The position numbers and the translations under genes were made by a program. DNA of 64,000 nt from an uncultured Pirellulales bacterium (lineage in GTDB: Bacteria; Planctomycetota; Phycisphaerae; Sedimentisphaerales; Anaerobacaceae): the NCBI GenBank assembly GCA_964608395.1, contig CAZSOR010000001.1:134-64133 (forward strand). The letters run 5' to 3'. Below are positions 47,364 to 56,359 of this stretch, piece after piece. Each line of letters opens with the position of its first letter. Position 1 is the first letter of the stretch. The notes under the pieces were generated by a model. That model had not been told where the DNA came from. It saw only the letters and a program-made list of their open reading frames with translations, and made no database searches.

Positions 47364-49963
47364 TCACTTGGTCTCGTCCTGTCCTGATAGCTCAGGAAAA
47401 AAGCGATAGTAATCGGCGCTGGGAAACCGGCTCTTAATAGCTTGTAGTTGCTCGGCTCGCTCGCGACATTGTCTGAAAGCCTCCTCCTGATCTCCAATTA
47501 ACAATTCATAGTGATTTACAGAAATAGCGCGACCAACAGCATCGCTAAGGAACGCTTCAACTCGGAATCTCTCACCCATGTTACCCTGGACCTTCCATTC
47601 AAATGCCCCATAACGGGACGAACTGTCGGCAGGAATTGTGTTCAACTGATCCGTTTGCTCGAAAATCCGACGGCCGCGAGAGTCGTTGACCTCGATGTGG
47701 AGCTTGCAGTCCTTGAATTTCTTATGCAGATCATTGACAATCCAGATATTGCTTTGAAACTTTTCGTCGGGCAACCATCGACGTTTAGCAAGTTCAAGCG
47801 ATACAAGCAACGGTTGATATGCCCGCTTTACAAACTCATAAGAGAGCTTCGGCACCTGGAAATAATCCACAATGCCCCACTTCATATCAGGTGCATATGT
47901 AATAAAGTGGCAGATAGAGATCGCACTTGACTTCGGCTTGCGGCGGCGCATATACTCGATGCCCCATTGAAAGATCGTTCCCTGGGCAATTTGTGTCGCC
48001 TCGACAAACTCCTCCAGAGAGCCGGTACGCTCGCTGCCGAAGACCTGGTAATTCAACGCCCTGAATACATCGAGATCAGCCCAGTGGTAGCCCCAGCTTG
48101 GTCCGGGTGGCCAAACGTCTTCCGGTGGGATGAACTTTCGAATGCTCTCGGCGCAGGGAGCTGAACTAATCGCGAACTCGGGAATTACCGCAAAGTCCCA
48201 CGTCGAAACATAATCTTCCATCAGGCGTTTGCCCATCGCGTAGAAAAGCTCATGAGTATGACCGCTGTCTTTCTTCCCTGCCACGCCCAGTTCATGGAGA
48301 ATCGGCGGCCAATTTAGCGGCGAGGTGGGAACGTAAGGCAGGACAGTGTAAGGACGAATCACTTTTTCCAGCCCAAGCAGGAAGTCAACATTATACTCAA
48401 GTCCCTGAGTCCCGTAGAGCATCTCCTCGCCGCCTTCCAGCAATACCAGGCTCGGATGATTGCGAAGCTTCTTGATAACTGCAACAGCTTCCGCATACGT
48501 AGCCTTTCGAAACGGCTCATCCTGGGGCAGGCTAACCGAGGCCAATGGGATCAGATCCTGCCATACTGTGATACCGAATTCATCGCACAATTCGTAAAAA
48601 TCTTCCACTTCCGGCGGATGCCAGCCAAATATTCGAAGATTATTGATATTCGCATCCCTGGCCAGAGTAATCAGCTTGCGGTATTTTTCCACACTATTAC
48701 GCCCATAAAAAATGTCGGGCGGGCCGCCCCAGTTGGCCGACCGTAGAAAAACCCGCTTGCCGTTAATCATCAACGTCCAGGGATAGTGAACTTCCTCTTT
48801 GGAGTAGCCGGGATTGCGCTCCATGTGGATATCTCTGATGCCAAATGTATCCTCCACTCGATCCGATACCCCCCCAGCCTCGTCGAATACGGTGGTCTCA
48901 ACAACATAGAGGTTAGGATTGCCCAGGTCCCAGGGCCACCACAACTTTGCCTTGGGAACGTCCACAGATAGTTTTGCCGTTCTGTGAGCAGCGACGGAAA
49001 CCGCGACATGTTTCTCGTATGGGCCATCCTCGCAGTTTTTGCCCCGAACTACTGCCCGCACGTGAGTCTCTTTTGACTGTTTCGGATCATGATGTGCGAG
49101 GGTAACCGGAACTCAACGGTGGCTGAACCGTCGTCATGAATCTTGCTTGTCGGGTGAACATCCTTGATTTGCACTGGCCCGGTCGCCACCAGCCGGACCG
49201 GTTTCCAAATACCGAACGGCGTGAGCGCTCGCCAGTAGTCACCATGCCATGCGAATTTACGTCCGGCAACATTTCGATACAGCCGAGGGGGAGGATCAAG
49301 TCGAATGACAAGCCCGTTCGCACGATCATCGGAGCGATATTGCAGGATTGAACTGGTATCGAACTCAAACGGCGAGAACATCCCCTCGTGATGGCCGAGG
49401 TGCTTTCCGTTGAGCCAGACATCACAAGAGTAGTCTACACCCTCAAAAGCCAGGTGAACTGCCTTATCCTTCCACGCCTCCGGTACGCCAAACTGACATC
49501 GGTACCACCACTCCTTCTCCATCACCCATTTGGCTCGCATCCCGTTCCGGCCATAATGAGGATCGTCGATCTCACCAGCCCGCCACAGGTCGGTGTATAC
49601 ATCGCCGGGTACCTTGGCGCCATTCCAGTTGAAAGTGCTTGGCGCTACCTCACCAAAGGTTTCGTGAAAACCCTCCTTAAGTCCCTGGCCCGGACGAATG
49701 CCCTCCATCTGCCAATGCGGCCCGCTCAGGTTCAACGTGAACCGTCCGCCCACCAAACGGGGATTAGCGTCCGCAGCCCCCACGAACGTCCCCGAGAAGA
49801 GCCCGACGCTTGTGACCGCCAGGATAACCGCTAATAACAATTTGACTTGAATCCGCGGAAAGTAGCTCATGGTACTGTCCAACATCGGCATCATTCCTTC
49901 AAATTTTCGTAAAAACAGCATCGACCTACGCTCACAATCCGATCTGCGTTTCGACGCCAACAA
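47364..49963 (-). pseudogene. GH2 (beta-mannosidase/beta-galactosidase-like) gene split by a single frameshift
   Basis: The upstream ORF (49049-49963) has the GH2 sugar-binding block FEGVDYSCDVWLNGKHLGHHEGMFSPFEFD. The downstream ORF (47364-49061) continues with LWWPW...NNLRIFGWHPPEVEDFYELCDEFGITVWQD. Both frames are open only across 49049-49112. The likely true start is ATG 49870 (MSYFPRIQVKLLLAVILAV). Confidence 0.75.
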
Positions 49964-50450
49964 ACGTAACTTACCTGCTCTCAGCAGAGGTCTCGCATTT
50001 TCAGGCCATGAGTTGTATCCTGATCAAATCGAGATAGCTAAATATAGCACATTATACAGGCCTCACACAACATCTTAATCTATTTTAGAGCCGCAAAACA
50101 ACCGCGACCAACAGAATATAGTTCAATTTTAGCTGGATTTTTCACAGATGGTTATTATTCTGAGTCGGATGATGAACTGAGCCATAGAATTAGCTGATCT
50201 GAGCATCAAATATTACGTCATGAATCAGGTTGCCATTAGGCCGTACTGCAAAAAGTCAAATTCCCAGAGTTCCAGGATTTCTTTGGAACAAAAGAAGTCT
50301 CGGTACCAGTGGAGTGGATTAAAGTGGAAAACACTGTTACAATACAACTGCCTGACAGAGGCGGTTACTTCAGTTACGTAGTCTTGACGTATGGCATCTG
50401 CAAATAACGAAAAGTATAATAGTGATTTAAGAGCGATAAGGAGTGCGAAA

Positions 50451-51962
50451 ATGAAACGAGCACAGTTTGTCATCATTGGAATATTTATTGCATTGGCGGG
50501 GGCATCCTGCACACAGACAAACCAACCGGTTACCACGTTCGAGCCGACGTGGGATTCTCTAAAACAATATGAAGTTCCGCAATGGAATCAGGATGCTAAA
50601 TTCGGGATATTCATTCACTGGGGAGTCTATGCCGTACCTGCCGCCGGTAGTGAATGGTATCCACGGAATATGTACAACAAGAACGATCCGCTCTTCGAGC
50701 ACCACAAGAAAACCTGGGGCGATCAGTCGAAATTCGGTTACAAGGATTTTGTGCCGAAATTCCGCGCGGAAAACTGGGACCCGGATGAATGGGCAGAACT
50801 CTTTGAGCGTTCCGGGGCCAAGTATGTAGTGCCTGTAGCTGAACATCATGATGGTTTTGCTATGTATGACTCTTCGCATACGAAATGGAACTCAGTGAAG
50901 ATGGGACCGAAACGGGATATCTGTGGGGAACTGGCCAAAGCCGTTCGCAAGCGCGGTATGAAATTCGGAGTATCGACACACTATGCATGGAACTGGCGAT
51001 ATTACTTCAAAGATGAGAGTTTCGACAACGTTAATCCGGCTTATGCGGATCTGTATGGTGTCAATCACGACCCTAAGGCCGTAGCCAGTCCCGAGTTCAT
51101 TGCTCACTGGTCCGCTCGAACAAAGGAACTGATCAACAAATATCAGCCCGATCTGATGTGGTTTGACTTTGGCTTCTGTTATCCGGAATTCGAACAGGGC
51201 CGAAAAGAAATCGCGGCCTATTATTACAACAAAGGTGTCGAATGGAATAAGGGTGTCGTGCTGAACTACAAACGCTGGACCAAACCAGCCGAGGGAGTCA
51301 CGGAGGTGGCTTTCCCCGATGGGACTGGTACGCTGGATCTCGAGCGTGAGAAGTCCCCGCATATTCGCGAGTTCTTCTGGCAGACCGACACTTCGGCCAG
51401 CAAGAAGTCCTGGGGCTATATCGAAAATGATGAATTCAAATCGCCGGACCGACTCGTGGATGACCTGGTCGACATCGTCAGCAAGAACGGTTGCCTGCTG
51501 CTGAATGTCGGCCCCCGTGCGGACGGAACCATTCCTAAGGAGGCGCAGGAGGTACTTCTGGCCATCGGTCGCTGGCTACGAGTAAACGGCGCAGCCATCT
51601 ACGGCACGCGCCCGTGGAAGATTTCCGGCGAGGGTCCCACAGGGACGGCCGAAGGACACCTCTCAGAAAACAAGAACAAGCCCTATACTGCCGAGGACAT
51701 TCGGTATACACAGGATGGAAAGCATCTTTTCGCTATTGTTCTCGATTGGCCTCAGGGGGGGGAAGTTGTCATCACATCGCTTAGTGCGGCAACGGATGTC
51801 GGCATCGAAGGTATCAAGTCGGTCACCCTGTTGGGGCAAAAGGCCTCATTGACGTGGTCAATCGGCAAGCAGGGCCTGGTTGTCGAACTGCCTGATGAAA
51901 AAGTAGGCGAGTTTGCCTATGTGTTGAAGATCACGCCGAAAGGGACATTAGTTACAAAATAG
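50451..51962 (+). CDS. GH29 alpha-L-fucosidase-family enzyme (intact paralog of the 45695-47174 pseudogene)
   Basis: Motifs are AKFGIFIHWGVYAVP and AEHHDGFAMYDS. I prefer ATG 50451 (MKRAQFVIIGIFIALAGASC, AGGAG 7 nt upstream) over the track start 50391. Confidence 0.85.
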   Translation: MKRAQFVIIGIFIALAGASCTQTNQPVTTFEPTWDSLKQYEVPQWNQDAKFGIFIHWGVYAVPAAGSEWYPRNMYNKNDPLFEHHKKTWGDQSKFGYKDFVPKFRAENWDPDEWAELFERSGAKYVVPVAEHHDGFAMYDSSHTKWNSVKMGPKRDICGELAKAVRKRGMKFGVSTHYAWNWRYYFKDESFDNVNPAYADLYGVNHDPKAVASPEFIAHWSARTKELINKYQPDLMWFDFGFCYPEFEQGRKEIAAYYYNKGVEWNKGVVLNYKRWTKPAEGVTEVAFPDGTGTLDLEREKSPHIREFFWQTDTSASKKSWGYIENDEFKSPDRLVDDLVDIVSKNGCLLLNVGPRADGTIPKEAQEVLLAIGRWLRVNGAAIYGTRPWKISGEGPTGTAEGHLSENKNKPYTAEDIRYTQDGKHLFAIVLDWPQGGEVVITSLSAATDVGIEGIKSVTLLGQKASLTWSIGKQGLVVELPDEKVGEFAYVLKITPKGTLVTK

Positions 51963-51973
51963 AAAGGAGACCG

Positions 51974-53569
51974 ATGAAACGCAGGGAATTTTTGAAAGCG
52001 GCTGCCAGTGTACTGGCTGGAATGGCATCGGCATCTATTGGCCGCACACGCTCATCCACGAAACGCCCAAACATCCTGTTCATCATGTCGGACGACCATG
52101 CAGCCCCGGCAATTGGCGCCTATGGCAAACGTTTTGCCCGGCTGAATCCTACACCCAACCTGGATAAACTTGCGGCCGATGGTCTGTTGTTTGAAAACTG
52201 CTTCTGCACCAATTCGATTTGCAGCCCCAGTCGGGCGAACATCCTGACAGGCCAGTATTCGCAGACCAATGGTGTGCTGGTTCTGGACATACCGTTGGTC
52301 CCGGAGCGTCAATATCTGCCCATTGAGATGAAGAAGATGGGCTACCAGACCGCCATGATCGGCAAGTGGCATTTACATGAAGAGCCAAATTTCGACTATT
52401 ACAAGGTACTTCCGGGCCAGGGCAAGTATTTTAATCCATCGTTTCGGGAGAAGGGTAAAGGCAGTTGGCCCTCCAACATAGTGAAGCACGAGGGACATTC
52501 TTCAGATGTTATCACAGACCTTGCCTTAAATTGGCTCGGGAAACGGGACAAAGACAGACCGTTTTTCCTTATGCACCATTATAAGGCCCCGCATGATATG
52601 TTCCAGTATGCCCCGCGATACGAGGATTACCTGGCCGATACGGAGATACCGGAACCGGCTTCGATGTACAACCAGCCCTATTTCGGATCCAAGGCCACTC
52701 GTGGAGAAAACGACAGTCTGCACCACAAGATCGGGACATCCATCTCCCCGCGACACAACATCCGCAACTACTCCGATATGTTCAAGATTGATCCGAAATT
52801 GTCTGACAACGAGCGCACCCATCTGGCCTATCAGAAGTACCTCAAGGACTATCTGCGCTGCGTCAAGGGCATAGACGACAACCTTGCCCGCCTCTTTGCC
52901 TACCTGAAACAGGAGGGCCTGTGGGACAACACAGTCATCATTTACACGGGCGATCAGGGTATGATGTTCGGAGAGCACGACTATCAAGACAAGCGATGGA
53001 TGTACGAGGAATCAATGCAGATGCCCTTTATCGTGCACTATCCGGCCCAAATCAGGCATGGCCGGCGCACAGATCTTCTCATCAACAACACCGACTTCGC
53101 CCCCACCATGCTCGAAATCGCCGGAGGCCGGGCGACTGATTACATGCAAGGCAAGAGCTTTGCAAGCGAGCTAAAGGGCAAGACACCCCGGAATTGGCGA
53201 AAGGCCACCTATTACCGCTATTGGATGCACATGATTCATCACGATGTTCCGGCGCACTTTGGCCTTCGCACGAAAGACTACAAGCTGATCTTCTACTACG
53301 GACGTCACTATGATCCCTCTATGAACGGTAAGCCCACAATGGCCTGGCTCAAGACGTCCAATCTCATTGAGCCTACGCCAGCGGCATGGGAATTCTACGA
53401 CCTGAAAAATGATCCGGAAGAAACTGTAAACCAGTACGCAGATCCAAAGTATGTCGAGATCATCAAGGAATTGAAAGGTGAGCTGAAACAGTTACGCATT
53501 GAACTCAATGAGACGGATGATAAGTACCTTCACATTCAAGAAGTGATCGAAGCACACTGGGACGATTGA
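51974..53569 (+). CDS. Type I (S1) sulfatase with Tat-like signal
   Basis: 531 aa. It has MKRREFLKAAASVLAG, RPNILFIMSDDH and the CSPSRANILTGQY formylglycine motif. Confidence 0.85.
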   Translation: MKRREFLKAAASVLAGMASASIGRTRSSTKRPNILFIMSDDHAAPAIGAYGKRFARLNPTPNLDKLAADGLLFENCFCTNSICSPSRANILTGQYSQTNGVLVLDIPLVPERQYLPIEMKKMGYQTAMIGKWHLHEEPNFDYYKVLPGQGKYFNPSFREKGKGSWPSNIVKHEGHSSDVITDLALNWLGKRDKDRPFFLMHHYKAPHDMFQYAPRYEDYLADTEIPEPASMYNQPYFGSKATRGENDSLHHKIGTSISPRHNIRNYSDMFKIDPKLSDNERTHLAYQKYLKDYLRCVKGIDDNLARLFAYLKQEGLWDNTVIIYTGDQGMMFGEHDYQDKRWMYEESMQMPFIVHYPAQIRHGRRTDLLINNTDFAPTMLEIAGGRATDYMQGKSFASELKGKTPRNWRKATYYRYWMHMIHHDVPAHFGLRTKDYKLIFYYGRHYDPSMNGKPTMAWLKTSNLIEPTPAAWEFYDLKNDPEETVNQYADPKYVEIIKELKGELKQLRIELNETDDKYLHIQEVIEAHWDD

Positions 53570-53827
53570 ATCACTGTTGATGACAATGCTCATTTATCAT
53601 AGAATGGAAGAACAATAATGCGCGTAAGGTGCAAAAACTCATCCCGGCATAAATTCTTGAGCCAAAGAGGGATGTATTTCATTTCATCGTAGACATTCCG
53701 CCGTACTTGAGGTTGCTTGCAGAGCAATGACGCTAAAATAGATTTCTCCCTTGTAGAAAGCACGAACATTTTCCGCTGCAAGTTTGATTGCCCCATCTGA
53801 AATAACAGATCAACTCTTGGGAGGTTG

Positions 53828-53862
53828 GGAGGAATTAGAGTATCGGATTGTGGTGGGAGTGG
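53828..53862 (+). repeat. 35-nt imperfect direct repeat, copy A (just beyond the 3' end of GH16 gene 53893-54846)
   Basis: Copy A is GGAGGAATTAGAGTATCGGATTGTGGTGGGAGTGG. It is identical to copy B at 29 of 35 positions. Confidence 0.6.
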
Positions 53863-53892
53863 TCGAATCTGCCGAGACTCTGGAGAACGTCC

Positions 53893-54846
53893 TCAGTTGG
53901 GCGAAGCTGTTGTCGCAGGTTCAAGCTTCCATGTCCTAACCCACTCATACTGAGTTGTTCTTTCTTCCCATGTACCGCTCTCCACCAGGCCTCCGTCATC
54001 GGGAATTGGATTCCAACTATATGTCTCGATAGCCATTTGTATGTAAGCAGGCACATCCCACTCGACTTTGGGGCGGATCGAATAGCAGTATTTCCCGTCT
54101 AAGTAGAAGCATATCTCATCGGGAGATTTCCACCATGCCCCATACACATAATAACGTTCCGAGTTCTTGGTTTCGGTCTTCACTTGACGCTGGAGCTGGA
54201 CCTTCTGCCGATTATATCGATTCGTTCTGTGAATTGCATTTGAGTGAAACATCTGGTCCCAGTGTTTTGCCCATGTATCAGTCTTGTCCGTTGTCCTGCC
54301 GACACACTCCTGAATGTCTAATTCAAGCTTCTTCTTGGAATTGTTCTTCGTCATCAGCCAGAATGTTGATGACATGACGGTCTTGTTGGCTTTCATTTTG
54401 CATTCAAAATACCACCCCACATGTCCAGGTTCCAGTGATCGAACGATAGCACCTTGATGTGTGAATATCTTGCCATCTTTCACCACCGGCTCATCGAGCT
54501 TGCTGACGGTGACTCTCATCTTTCCTTCTTTGACCGTTACGTTACTTGCCCTGAAAAGACCAGGTGGACGCCCATCCCAACTCCAACCATTGCCGCTCGG
54601 TTCACTCTGCCACTTCGTAGCGTCCAAAGAGGAACCGTCAAACTCATCCGACATATGGTTGACTTTTATCCAGACTTTTCCAGACGGTTTTGGATCATGC
54701 CCGGCCACAAAAAAGGGTTGTGAATATGTTGTTCCAATGGCCGCAAAGAAGAATATCAGAGGCGATACTAACATTCTACACAATAAAACCTGTCGTTTGG
54801 GCGGAAGCTTTTCCCGCTTGTTGTAATCATCATTTCCCTTTGTCAT
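53893..54846 (-). CDS. GH16 glycoside hydrolase (beta-agarase/porphyranase/kappa-carrageenase-like clade), secreted
   Basis: Motifs are MSDEFDGSSLDATKW, WDGRPPGLFRASNVTVKEGKMRV and the catalytic block LELDIQECVG (E-x-D-x-x-E). The track start 54885 is a TTG. The first ATG is 54846, with a further ATG at 54774. Confidence 0.75.
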   Translation of the reverse strand: MTKGNDDYNKREKLPPKRQVLLCRMLVSPLIFFFAAIGTTYSQPFFVAGHDPKPSGKVWIKVNHMSDEFDGSSLDATKWQSEPSGNGWSWDGRPPGLFRASNVTVKEGKMRVTVSKLDEPVVKDGKIFTHQGAIVRSLEPGHVGWYFECKMKANKTVMSSTFWLMTKNNSKKKLELDIQECVGRTTDKTDTWAKHWDQMFHSNAIHRTNRYNRQKVQLQRQVKTETKNSERYYVYGAWWKSPDEICFYLDGKYCYSIRPKVEWDVPAYIQMAIETYSWNPIPDDGGLVESGTWEERTTQYEWVRTWKLEPATTASPN

Positions 54847-54899
54847 AGTAACAGACAGTATAGCAGGATAGTAGCTGGTATTCAATCACCGGGAAGTCT

Positions 54900-54934
54900 G
54901 GAGGAACCGGAGCATCGGATTGGGGTAGGAGTGG
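54900..54934 (+). repeat. 35-nt imperfect direct repeat, copy B (just upstream of GH16 gene 53893-54846)
   Basis: Copy B is GGAGGAACCGGAGCATCGGATTGGGGTAGGAGTGG. It is in the same orientation as copy A, 1072 nt away. Confidence 0.6.
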
Positions 54935-55290
54935 AGAGTGAGAAGATTCTCCTGTCTGGACTGGCCTAAATCCCATCTCCTATCTCATCTGTTTCCTACG
55001 TTCATGGCTCATCTGGACTGCTTCAAGGTTCTTGCTCCTACCTGGGAATGGTGGTATTCTGTTCGGGTGCATTTGAGAGCAATACTATGAGGCACAGGCA
55101 GAATAGTGTGGTATTCTGGAGACACGAAAGGAAATGCAGCTATGCACAAACTATGGGAAAGTTTAATAATGGCAGCGGATCTATTCCTGCTGGTCTGCGG
55201 AAGATCGGGCTTGAGGATTCTGCGTAGGAAAGTGGGTGGCTTTTACAGCCTACCTCGACAAGAGCATAAGTGCTGGGAAGGAACTGTGAA

Positions 55291-56151
55291 ATGAAGGTGA
55301 AATTCTTTCTTCTTTTAGGATTATCGACTTTATCATGTCAGTCTAAATTTAAAAGCCCTGAAAAACAGTTATTAATCCCCAGGCAAGCCAATGAATACGT
55401 TTGGATATACAAACCTTCAGGGGACTACTTTTTCGGGCCGGATACCAAACATTTAAAGGAGGGGCAGTGGTATGATGACTGGGTTCCCAATGACCATACT
55501 TTCGTGAAAGATGAAAATGGTAAGTGGCATATAATGGGAATCACACATCCCTTGGTAGAATCGAATCCAATTCATGAAGGTATTCACGAAGGAGAATTTG
55601 CATCTTTTCATGCTATATCGTCTTCTACAAGCTTTACAGAGACTTTAAAAGAACATCACTATTCCGACTTGCCCAAAATTCTCCCACCCAAAGAACGTCC
55701 CTCGGAGCCTCTGGCTAACCATGCTCCATATATTATCAAAAAGGATGGGCTTTATTATATGATTTATGGCCCAAGTCCTCTTCGTTTAGCTGTGTCTTCA
55801 GATTTGTCAAAATGGGATTTAAAAGGAAAATTATTCCACGAAAGTGATGGAGCACGCGACCCAAGTTTACTTTTACATAACGGAACCTATTATGTGGTTT
55901 ACTGTTCGGTTAAAAGTGTCCGTTTAAGAAGATCTAAGGACTTAATTCACTGGAGTGAACCGGAGACCATTTTTACATCAACCGGCTTTGCCCCGGAATC
56001 GCCTTCTTTGATGTATTTCGATAAATCATTTTACCTTTTTGTATGTTCTTGGGATGGAAATTGGGATGGTAAGGACATTCAAGGTGCTTATCAACACATT
56101 ACGTATGTTTACCATACTAAAGACACGTTAAACTTCGGAATTGATGATTAA
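55291..56151 (+). CDS. Five-bladed beta-propeller glycoside hydrolase-like protein (GH43/GH117-type fold), lipoprotein-like signal; truncated by an in-frame TAA
   Basis: It starts MKVKFFLLLGLSTLSCQS and carries blade-like motifs ENGKWHIMGITHP, DGLYYMIYG, NGTYYVVY and KSFYLFV. After TAA 56149-56151 the same frame stays open 42 more codons (KQITTLKSHAPEIFRDENGKWYISSVEWPYRGVSVDMLKWEE) to 56280. GC is about 36% by hand counts. Confidence 0.6.
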   Translation: MKVKFFLLLGLSTLSCQSKFKSPEKQLLIPRQANEYVWIYKPSGDYFFGPDTKHLKEGQWYDDWVPNDHTFVKDENGKWHIMGITHPLVESNPIHEGIHEGEFASFHAISSSTSFTETLKEHHYSDLPKILPPKERPSEPLANHAPYIIKKDGLYYMIYGPSPLRLAVSSDLSKWDLKGKLFHESDGARDPSLLLHNGTYYVVYCSVKSVRLRRSKDLIHWSEPETIFTSTGFAPESPSLMYFDKSFYLFVCSWDGNWDGKDIQGAYQHITYVYHTKDTLNFGIDD

Positions 56152-56359
56152 AAGCAAATTACTACGTTGAAGTCTCATGCCCCCGAAATTTTCCGGGACG
56201 AGAATGGTAAGTGGTATATCTCCAGTGTTGAGTGGCCTTATAGAGGGGTAAGTGTAGATATGTTGAAATGGGAAGAGTAACATGAGTAGAATGATCGTTC
56301 GGGATCGAAAAGATTTCCGGCGATCAAACAGTATTTGCAATTTTCTTAGGGATTGAGAA

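Noticed and set aside
49933-49943. Third, inverted copy of the repeat core ATCGGATTGTG counted as a full repeat family member
   Set aside because: Only 11 nt match exactly and the flanks diverge. I kept it as a supporting note under the direct-repeat finding rather than as a feature.
53590-53796. 68-aa minus-strand ORF in the AT-rich spacer after the sulfatase
   Set aside because: It has no RBS, no motif that I recognise and a composition different from its neighbours. It could be another gene fragment, but I cannot name a family.
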